A DNA stretch of 64,000 nucleotides from Guillardia theta CCMP2712 (Eukaryota > Protista > Cryptophyta), in the NCBI RefSeq assembly GCF_000315625.1, contig NW_005434504.1, positions 1 to 64,000 on the forward strand. Direction: 5' to 3'. Positions within the stretch are counted from its first letter, which is position 1. The number at the start of each line of letters is the position of its first letter. Shown piece by piece: positions 51,901-59,700 of the stretch. The translations under genes were made by a program, and so were the position numbers. The notes below the pieces were generated by a model. That model was given only the letters and a program-made list of their open reading frames with translations, made no database searches and was not told the DNA's origin.

Positions 51901-52674
51901 TTTGTATCTATCCAACAAATCTTCTACGTTGTGTTCAGCGCCGAATATCGAGTTCAGCTTATCAAGTAAATTATCTCGCACATCCTTGATCTGATGCTCG
52001 AATCTATCCATGCGTAATTTGTAAGATTTATCCTCGCCGTCATACCGCATCTGATTCTGCTTGATTGCTTCCATAGCATCCTCAATGCCTTTCATTCTCT
52101 TCTCCGTCAACTCCATCTTCGACTTATTCTGCTGGATCGCCATAACCTGGGTCTCGATTCTCTTCTCAATCACATCCTCCAGCAACTTCAAAATCTTCTC
52201 CTCCAGGGCTGCATCATCGATGTTGATCTGTGACTTTGTATCCGTCTTCGACTCCGTGTAAGGTCGCAGCGAGGTGTACTTATCATCGATTGATTTATGT
52301 AAATCGTCCACATATTGCTTGATTTGTTTCGTAACTAGTTCGTGCATATCGTCCTTGTTCTGCGCCACATAATCATAGCTGACAAAATTCTTCAATTTGC
52401 CTGAAATGTCATCTAGTTGTTCCTTCAAAAGTTTATCCTTCCTCTTTTGTTTTTTTCTTTCCTCCTCGTACTTAGCCATGAACGCTTTCAGATCCGGAGG
52501 GTTGTCCTCTCTCAGACGTTCAGCTTCTCTGTCCTTTCTTTTTTTTTCACGCAATGCATCAACTTCCATTCTCCTTTCATCCTCATCAGGATCAATCTGC
52601 GGTGATGGAACGGGTACAGTCTTTTTTTTATATTTTTCTACTACCTCGTCATCCGACGAATCACCAAGCACCAT
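48958..52674 (-). CDS. Very long coiled-coil protein (about 1240 aa), GxxR-tail family
   Basis: Heptad-rich throughout with Pro/Ser hinges; ends LAPRLRALQADLEKASKIFWQYEHGFIR*. Confidence 0.9.
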   Translation of the reverse strand: MVLGDSSDDEVVEKYKKKTVPVPSPQIDPDEDERRMEVDALREKKRKDREAERLREDNPPDLKAFMAKYEEERKKQKRKDKLLKEQLDDISGKLKNFVSYDYVAQNKDDMHELVTKQIKQYVDDLHKSIDDKYTSLRPYTESKTDTKSQINIDDAALEEKILKLLEDVIEKRIETQVMAIQQNKSKMELTEKRMKGIEDAMEAIKQNQMRYDGEDKSYKLRMDRFEHQIKDVRDNLLDKLNSIFGAEHNVEDLLDRYKEIRDDITRRIEEIESKNQMVLQDVDTVRQATKQCADHIDVFTNTYEEIRESVNGMESRVTDVQRRVLESGQLVSNFQREVRTEMTGMKQGLDQHRSSLELELGKIRENITSFDNVILKHNSSMEGLERELKGLGDKVKELQSQHMKVERGSMDAARILSEIVGLQNKLEVYIDEKVQDVEARHAVDRSKLDGLQAEYVELYKNIQDVSRECKKDYRSTIQQNDNNNSALRTELDNKYTKLAFQVKELADQLKRNISQNAGKGSSTGATPGVRSTDTSSIQRDMRGLQARVDAFDGELKTIQGTHRKDLERVKQDLMTEMDLRGKEQSGELQAFCHDIIEDAFEKVYNPRLDNAVRRVDLKVDELKSNLLGVVANVEELHDEVRQRGRAPTPPRAGDDSGEIEEDIQYDGNNASKHIQDEMERLQKKIGEHTKKIREITYNAQKSELEWDEKFVSLQRDTIGLSTTMKNMDLEMDRWGDFRRKQTDLNQEVNSWKVTMDESMQFFKNELVRIEKGVNDVWDSMPDSYEPHDKGQSFDVSGIRQEFEDLKNIVEKSENRTHWYQQKIQDVMVFVDKFAELEKYVKVYLERTRQSMDVFKGDTATSIEQLQKEIEAVKEQRIPSPISRDSNKSGQRSDVTGAWDDLEKGKMEELVIRVENIEQRTRDITADVSNVQSSLAECLDLIGEFTTEVESLKHGAKMFDERQHGLAKYQSDQDTKLQTSIETMKNESDSLKIRVDGLEQEIDSVKQQHTAITNNQPDLDALLQEARTEAERVCHKKTVGMEARMDSLQKDVVAVSELAESHHDFVERALRQTKELEASLDDVKEVDARQDEAIKALEERQGELDLKVDAISKRPPPAPVVTDDSALNSFKDKITKEVDNLGTRINNVQHIAKSALDMVQDKNTKLETLEEEVIDLAGKVTALQARPSTVSPPRSDSSEKGHAVAEEYNEALAPRLRALQADLEKASKIFWQYEHGFIR

Positions 52675-52740
52675 CACTCCCACCTACGCACCCACGGAAG
52701 CCACCGCTTAAATCCGCACTGCAAGACACCCTCCCCCTCG

Positions 52741-52920
52741 TTACAATTTCGCTGCCTCCCTGCCCTCGAAGCGGATGAATCCATGCTTGATCTTCCACGC
52801 GACCTTCTTCAGCTCATTGACGCTCTCGCGGATGCTCCTGACCTCCTCCTGAAGATCGCCCGCTCCATCGAACTCCGCGGAGATAAGCGGCACACACACT
52901 TCCTTCGCCCTTCCACTCAT
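52741..52920 (-). CDS. Small helical protein, GxxR-tail family (short type), 59 aa
   Basis: ATG overlaps upstream stop (ATGA); ends VAWKIKHGFIRFEGREAAKL*. Confidence 0.75.
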   Translation of the reverse strand: MSGRAKEVCVPLISAEFDGAGDLQEEVRSIRESVNELKKVAWKIKHGFIRFEGREAAKL

Positions 52921-53999
52921 TCCCTGGCAGCCACACCACCAGAACCGCTTATATCCACCCTGGAGAGATAGAGCTCCAGCAGTCGTACGGGGCGGGGGTC
53001 CCAGAACACGCTCACCGAGTCTCCATTCCCTTGAATGAGCCAGACCCTCCCCGGGGCGTGGAGCCAGCACCACTTCTCTTGCAAGATCCGGCGAAAGTCC
53101 ACAGCCTCATGATAGAGAGGCAGTTCAGGGTACAGCTGCTGCAACACAGGAATCCAGTCCAAGGCAGTGCGACCCTCCTCCTCGTAGTCCGCCAGGGCCA
53201 TGGGCGCACGCCTCCTCTGGTATGTCGGCTTGTGGAAGTACACGGCCTGGCTCACGGAGTGATACAGCCCGGAGAAGCGGTGCATGTACTGCAGGATCGC
53301 ACCGCAGTGGACATCGTCGTGCATCGTCGCCCCGTGGTACGTGTCGGTCGCCGCCTCGAAGTGGAACCTTTGAAGGTTCAGGCCGTCCGATTCTGGGACG
53401 GAAGCGGGCACGGGTGTCTCCCGTGCGAGGAGCCAGAGGTACCGGAAGAGACAGAAGAAAGCATCCAAGGCCTGGACCTTCGCGAGATCGGAAAGCCTGT
53501 GACCCTCCTTCCCCTCATGCTGAAGGACCTCTCGATCGTGCACGACGTCTACCCCGATGACATCGCTCTCGTAGAAGCCATAGGCGGCGAAGAAGCCGAA
53601 GCGGGCGAGAAGCTTCCAGCACAGATCCCTTGCCCCAGGCAGGCACGACACCCGGGTCCAGTTGAGCTGCACGTTGTCCAGCGCGCCGCTCAGCTCCCGC
53701 CACCCCATCGAGTCCACCGGCTCCTCCGAGATCTCGAGCTCCTTGCAGCCCGGCACCACGTCCTGCATCCTCCTCTCGTCCACCTCGAGCACCAGGTGGG
53801 CCGTCCTCGCCAGCACGCACCCTTGCACATGCATTCGGCTCAGAATGACCTGCGCCGTGCTCTTTTCTGTTGGATCCGTCCTCGTCAGCCACTCCTCCAT
53901 CATCTCCCCCACGTCCACCCCCTCTGGTATCTTCCCTCCCTCCGCCCTCGGGTCCAGTGCCCTCTCCACCTCCGCGTTCAACACCGCCCATCGCTCCAT
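52917..53999 (-). CDS. Hypothetical protein
   Basis: 360-aa ORF with strong codon bias. Confidence 0.8.
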   Translation of the reverse strand: MERWAVLNAEVERALDPRAEGGKIPEGVDVGEMMEEWLTRTDPTEKSTAQVILSRMHVQGCVLARTAHLVLEVDERRMQDVVPGCKELEISEEPVDSMGWRELSGALDNVQLNWTRVSCLPGARDLCWKLLARFGFFAAYGFYESDVIGVDVVHDREVLQHEGKEGHRLSDLAKVQALDAFFCLFRYLWLLARETPVPASVPESDGLNLQRFHFEAATDTYHGATMHDDVHCGAILQYMHRFSGLYHSVSQAVYFHKPTYQRRRAPMALADYEEEGRTALDWIPVLQQLYPELPLYHEAVDFRRILQEKWCWLHAPGRVWLIQGNGDSVSVFWDPRPVRLLELYLSRVDISGSGGVAARE

Positions 54000-54086
54000 C
54001 CCACCTTTCTCTCACACTCACACACACACACCCTTCCCTTCCTTCCACCACCGCGCCACACCAAAAAAAACACTCGCAAAAAAAAA

Positions 54087-54503
54087 TCATCACCCTCATA
54101 CCCCGACCTGGGTCCCCAGGGAAAGGCCCCCCCCTCTGGCCAGATTTCTGAAAACCGTTAAACCGTTAAACCGTTAAAGTTAACGGTCTTTAAAACCTTT
54201 AAAGAAGGTTCGCCGGACAGTATACGTATAGTATGTATATAGTATATAGTATGTATGTATATGTATGTATATGTATGTATGTATATACATACTATGTATA
54301 TGTATGTATCTATGTATGTAATATATGTATATATATATATATGTCCTGCGAACCTTATTTAAAATGATTAAAGGAAAAGAATCGCCGGACGGTGGTTGAA
54401 GGTTTTAACGGTTTAACGGTTTAACGGTTTAACGGTTTCCAGATTCTGGCCAAGGGGGGGGGGCCTTTCCCTGGGGACCCAGGTCGGGGTATGAGGGTGA
54501 TGA
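54087..54503. other. Nested inverted-repeat element with 8-bp iterons and AT-rich core; candidate replication origin
   Basis: 48-bp perfect outer IR; (AAACCGTT)x3 left and (AACGGTTT)x4 right; 15-bp inner IR at 54205-54219/54342-54356; (TATG)n/(TA)n core 54220-54341. Confidence 0.9.
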
Positions 54504-54581
54504 GTTCCTGTTTTTTTTTCAAGATTTTTTTTTTGCATCGGCTAGCATGGCGAGCGCCACTATGCAGGCACCGATGTACAC

Positions 54582-54938
54582 ATGCCACCGCGGCAGAAGG
54601 AGGAGTGGAAGCCAAGCGATGACCTGCTGGATGTATGGTACAAGAATTGGATGCCAGAGCCCATTGTGTGCTGGAGCTGTGGGCACTTCCTTGGGGATAA
54701 GTGCCATTACAAGAACGGGAGGAACGTCCCATGCCGCCACGGGAATGAGAGTGGGATGAACCGAAGAAACCCGTTCCAGTGCAATGGTTTCGCCTCCCAG
54801 GAAGAGCCGGCCCCTGTCCGGCGGAACCATGCCCCCCTCCCGAACTACTTTGCCCTCGTAGATGGACACGTGATGTACGTGGAGGTCAACGGGGATGAGA
54901 AGGCGTTTGTACCGCTGAACGAGACACACGTGGCGTAG
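54582..54938 (+). CDS. Small Cys/His-rich hypothetical protein
   Basis: 118-aa ORF; CWSCGH...CH...CRH. Confidence 0.5.
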   Translation: MPPRQKEEWKPSDDLLDVWYKNWMPEPIVCWSCGHFLGDKCHYKNGRNVPCRHGNESGMNRRNPFQCNGFASQEEPAPVRRNHAPLPNYFALVDGHVMYVEVNGDEKAFVPLNETHVA

Positions 54939-55028
54939 GTAGTGTGAAAGACCATTCCGCTCTCTCCTGCAAATAAAAGGATGCATCCATCATGAAGGGA
55001 ACGACGCAGTGGGGTACGACACTGCCGC

Positions 55029-55715
55029 ATGAGCCAGAGGCCCAAGAGAAGGTGTGTGGAGGACGCCATGAACCGCGTCCGGGAGGTTCTCGAGTGGGAG
55101 CAGCTGGATGAGCGCAGCGCCCAGTTCCGCTCCGCCGCGCAGGCGCTGGAGGCGGAGTTCGAGCGGGAAAGGCTCATGCGGAGGACTTGCCCGGAGATTC
55201 TGCAAGAGGATGCCAGGGAGGATGGCAACGACGACGATGAGGATGAGGGAGAGGAAGACAGTGGCGCCAGCGAGGTGAGCTTCGATTCGGACTGGTACCC
55301 TGGGAAGAAGGGGGGTGGTTTCTTCCGGTATGACGAGGATGGTGAGAGCGAAGCAGAGGACGAGAGTGAATCAGGAGAAGCCGATGATATTATCACCATT
55401 TCGGATGAGCTTGCAGACGACATCAAAACGGAAGACATCAGCGACGTCGATACGGATATCCTTAGCGATACCGATACGGAGAACCTCAGCGACACCGAGA
55501 CGGTCGTTAACTGCAACATTACAGAAATCACACACCCTTTCTCTCATGAAGGCTCCATTGCATCCTCGAACGGTCCCGTGGAGAGGGTGGCACTCGAGGC
55601 CGATGGGGACAGCTTTTTGTCCTCGCAGGAATTAACAGGAAACGCCACCGCCTGCGAGGATGGCGGCCCTCTGGAAGTGACGAGCAGGTCGTGCTTGGAA
55701 GCACCCGAGCCGTGA
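55029..55715 (+). CDS. Acidic low-complexity protein
   Basis: 228-aa D/E-rich ORF; RPKRR at N-terminus. Confidence 0.7.
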   Translation: MSQRPKRRCVEDAMNRVREVLEWEQLDERSAQFRSAAQALEAEFERERLMRRTCPEILQEDAREDGNDDDEDEGEEDSGASEVSFDSDWYPGKKGGGFFRYDEDGESEAEDESESGEADDIITISDELADDIKTEDISDVDTDILSDTDTENLSDTETVVNCNITEITHPFSHEGSIASSNGPVERVALEADGDSFLSSQELTGNATACEDGGPLEVTSRSCLEAPEP

Positions 55716-55876
55716 GACAGCAGGGCGCAGCCCCCGGCGCTGAAGACAGGTGGGTCTCTCTGGAACTCTTCCGCGTCAGGGAGGACGAGCCTCAACGCCT
55801 GGTAGCACACCATCAGCGCCACCGAGCCCATGACGGCAAGCACCATCGGGGCGACGTAGGCCAGGACAGGGATCAT
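55544..55876 (-). CDS. Possible small membrane protein (overlaps convergent gene)
   Basis: Hydrophobic N-terminal 30 aa; tttaataaaa upstream; 3' part overlaps 55029-55715. Confidence 0.4.
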   Translation of the reverse strand: MIPVLAYVAPMVLAVMGSVALMVCYQALRLVLPDAEEFQRDPPVFSAGGCALLSHGSGASKHDLLVTSRGPPSSQAVAFPVNSCEDKKLSPSASSATLSTGPFEDAMEPS

Positions 55877-55937
55877 TCTTCCTTCTGTTTTTTTTTTTAT
55901 TAAAATTGAGAGTGTGTTTCTTATACTTCCGCGAGTT

Positions 55938-56747
55938 TCAGACGTGCCTTGCCATGCCTTTCCCTCCCGTCACAGGCTTTCCCGTGGGAATATCCTGGTC
56001 CTTCACGACGTACTCCACTATTTGTCCATACTGCCGTGGGTGCAGCTTCACGTACGCGTGCGCCGCGGTGAAATCGGTGTAGATGACGATGTTGTTGAGT
56101 GAGATGAGGAGGTAGACGATATATTCGAGTATAATCACGTTGCTCATGCAGGGGTCTGTCATGTTGTTGTAGGCGATGTAGACGATCCCAAAGGCGGCGA
56201 AGAAGACAATGCAGAGGCAGGTCAACGCCGCGGTGGCGTAGGCGGTGAATTTCGATATGCTGCCATACTCAAAGACCGACAGGCTGTAGTTGAGCTGCGC
56301 CCAGATGTAGGTCAATGCCAGGACCCCAGCCCCAAGGAGGTGTATGTCCCCGTGGTCGGAGATGTTGTCGTAGAGCACGACGGCGATGGTGCTTGCGTAG
56401 CCGAGGAGGGCCAGCCACGTGACCACCCCGCGGTTCAGGAGGGGGTGATTGCGGCTGCTGATGATGCCGAGCACTACCCAGGACAAAATGCCGCTGATGA
56501 CCATGAGGCTCGCCGTGCCCTTGTCCACCGCGAGCTTGTCGCTGATGTAGAAGAGCGACTGGCAGTACGGGGCATCGAAGTTCCGGATCCCACCTTTGCT
56601 GAACATGAGGTAGAAGAAGACGCTGTACTGCATGACGAAAGCCGCCGCCGCCAGCTGCGTCAAGACGACCAGCTCCCCGAAGGCAACCTCTGTCCAGAGC
56701 CTCCGGAGGTTCTGCTTGGTGGCCACCGCCTCGTACTTCATCTTCAT
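55938..56747 (-). CDS. Six-TM membrane protein, Frag1/DRAM/Sfk1-like
   Basis: YISD after TM1, IHLLGAG, ILEY in last TM; six hydrophobic segments. Confidence 0.6.
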   Translation of the reverse strand: MKMKYEAVATKQNLRRLWTEVAFGELVVLTQLAAAAFVMQYSVFFYLMFSKGGIRNFDAPYCQSLFYISDKLAVDKGTASLMVISGILSWVVLGIISSRNHPLLNRGVVTWLALLGYASTIAVVLYDNISDHGDIHLLGAGVLALTYIWAQLNYSLSVFEYGSISKFTAYATAALTCLCIVFFAAFGIVYIAYNNMTDPCMSNVIILEYIVYLLISLNNIVIYTDFTAAHAYVKLHPRQYGQIVEYVVKDQDIPTGKPVTGGKGMARHV

Positions 56748-56777
56748 GCATCCCCTGCAATACCTGTTTTATATCCT

Positions 56778-59700
56778 TCACTTGTACCGACAACACACGA
56801 GGGCCATGCCGACGAAGCCGACGAGGCAGGCAAACCCTGCCGCCCCAAGCCCGGCCGCCTCCCGGCTGTAGCCCACCACATGGGGACGGTAGGTGTCGTT
56901 GAAGGGGTTCTGGATCAGCACGCGGCGGGTGTTTAGCACGATGTCGAGGTAATCGGCGTAGACCATGCAGGTGAAGCGCTGCTGGATGGGGTCCTGCACC
57001 GCGATCCTTCCCGGTGTGCATATCCACGTGCAGCCGGAGGTCCAGATGGCGTACTGCGGGGGGATGGTGTTGGTGCAGGGCTCGCAGAGGAGCTGTGGGC
57101 TGAGGTACTGCCCCGGGGGGCACGAGGAGGGCGGCGTCTGGAGTGGTGCCGGGGTGGGAATGATGTCGCTGACGCGGGTAACGCAGGCCAGCCCACCCGT
57201 GGAGTTCCTCCCGAGCACCGTCCCTACCGCGCACCTCCAGGAGCAGGAGTAGGGCTGGTAGGGTTCACCGGGGGTAAGGTATAGGACGCTATGGTTCTGC
57301 TCGAGGCCGTTGCGGCACGGGGAGCATCCTACATATGAATTGCTGGCCTTGCAGTCATCAAAGTAGGTACCCACCCCGCACACTCTCCTTGGGTCGCAGA
57401 AGCCGCAGTAACTTGCGTTGTGCCTGACATAGTCTGGTATGCATTCCACGATGCACTCCGCCAGGAACCTGGCGTGCTGGGGGAGTGGATTCAGGCACCG
57501 GTCGCAGACGCGGTCCACATGGTCGGAGCAAAGGGCGGCAGTGAAGTATCCAGGGTCACAGGATGGCGAGCAGGGCCTGCAAGAAGCGTCTGAGGTAGGG
57601 GTGCAGGCCTGGATGTAGTTGGAAGAGAGGTTGCATGAGAGAGAGGCTTCGGGGGTGCAGGCTGTGCAATTGCTGAGCGCTGAAGTTGACCAATACGAGG
57701 AGGAGCACTGGCTCGGGCAGGAGTTCGGGTCTTCGAATAGGCCTACCGCGGTAAACTCCCTGTGGGGGTCTGCCAGGGAGGTGCAGGGGAGGCAGGTGGC
57801 TTCCAGGTGGCATCCGGACTGGTACTCACCTGCCAGACAGGCCTCCCCAGGGCAGTAGATGCAGTTCTGTGGCTTCGAGGCAGTGGGGCTCTTGACGTAA
57901 TTTACATCGCAAACGTAGGAGCAGCCCGCAGTGTAGGCACCGTTTGATAAAGTCGTTTCCATGCAGGGATTGCAGACGGTTAGGTTTAAGCGCCTCTCTG
58001 AAAATGTCCTATCGTCTGCCCTTGTCCCCGCCTCCCAGAACGGCAACGTGAAGGCCACCTCGGAAGTTGCCGGGTAGTACCCCGCGTCGCACACGGCTGG
58101 GCAATCCTCATCCATCCCGGTGGCATACCCCGTGTACCTCCCGTGCTGCAGCCCCACGCAGGCGACGGCTAGCGCGTTCTGGACTTGCGTGCACGATAGT
58201 GTACGATGTGGGGTGGAGTTGCGCAGCTCCCATCCCGCGAAGGGCAGGGTCCGGCACGGCAGGCAGTTGGGCTCCCGGCGGTAGGAGCCCTGCACGCACT
58301 GCGTGATGCAGTTATCCGAGTCGAAGGGTATACCGGGAGTGATGAACTCTTCAAACGTTTCGTAAGCTGCGATCGTAGACCTTTTGGTTGTGCACTCCTG
58401 GCAGGTGGCTCCGACGACCGCCTGGCACTGGGCTCGGTGCTGGCCCACGGGGCAGGACGACGTGGGGCATGCCAGGCACGCGCTGGAGTTGGCCGCGTAG
58501 TACCCTTCGAAGCATTCGTACTCGCACACGTTGGGGAGCCATCTGGCAAAGCCGGGGAGGGCCTCCGCGCAGGTCACGCATATCGGGGTCCCGTCCGGGT
58601 TGCAGCCTTGGAAGGCCGAGCCGGGAAGGCAGGTGGTGTTGCAGCGCACGCAGCGGTCGTTTGTGAAGAAGTAATCACTGAAGAGGCAGCGGTAGGAGCA
58701 CGCCATCGGGTGGAGAGTGAGGTGCAGGCTGCCCGTCAGCAGGCCGGGCGGGCCTTCCGTAAAGAGCGGGTACTGCGCAGCCCCCCGCCAGCTCAGGTAC
58801 ACCGGGAGCGTGCAGATGTGCCGGAGCGACACGCTGCTGGAGAGGTCCTTGGTGCAGATCGGGACCTTCTCGTCATTGACCTCCATCCACACGGAGAGGC
58901 TGCCGGCTATAGCCGCATGGGTGAAGACGAGGTGGAACTGCCGGACCCCGAAGGGAAGGGTGGCGGGGAGTGTGCCTTCGCCGTAGATTTCCTGGAGGTT
59001 GGCCTCGTTTGGGAAGTTGAGCTGTGCACCGGAGCACAGTTCGACGCCGTCTGCTGTGTTGCAGGTGGGGGCGCCGTATAGGAAGTTGGGGACCACGCTG
59101 AACTCGTCGAGGTAGAGATCCGTCCAGACGATGGGGGTGAAACCCACCGATAGCACCGCGGTGGAAGAGTAGTGACTGAAGCCGGTGAGGATGGCGATGT
59201 CCCATATTGCCTGCGATTGAAGAGTGCTTGTCAATGTGTTTCCAAGTGTGATCTGTGCTGCTGCGTTATGTGTCGTCTTGTAGTGGAAGGACACAACCCA
59301 TCCATTGATCTTTCCATCCGCGGAGGACAAGTCTATTGGTCCTATTCTCAAAGTCTTCGTGTTTGCAAACAGCCTTAAGAAGAGGACAGTGTCGCCCAGT
59401 TGGCTGTTGTTCTGCGGTATGGCGTACGCCACCGCGTTCGTCTCCCATTGCGGGGTGCCCGGGTCAACGAAGCGATTCTCCAAGGGGAGGAGCTTGAGGT
59501 TGTCCTGCCAGGTCAAGTTGCCGTCCCAGTAGCAGCGTGTGGGAAAGAGGAACACCTGGGGATCTGCAAGCGAGTTGTAAGAGGCACTCCCAATCCCGTT
59601 GATCTGCCCCACGACCCGATTCCCTCTGACGCACAGGGTGTTTTCGTAGGCAACCGCCCGCTTGAGAATCATGAGGTTCTCGAAGCTGCCGATCCGGGAG

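Noticed and set aside
48958-52674. SMC or myosin call
   Set aside because: No Walker A/B, hinge or motor motifs; generic coiled coil only.
54152-54438. AAACCGTT repeats as interstitial telomere
   Set aside because: Only 3-4 copies, symmetric within an inverted repeat, and unlike typical TTAGGG/TTTAGGG units.
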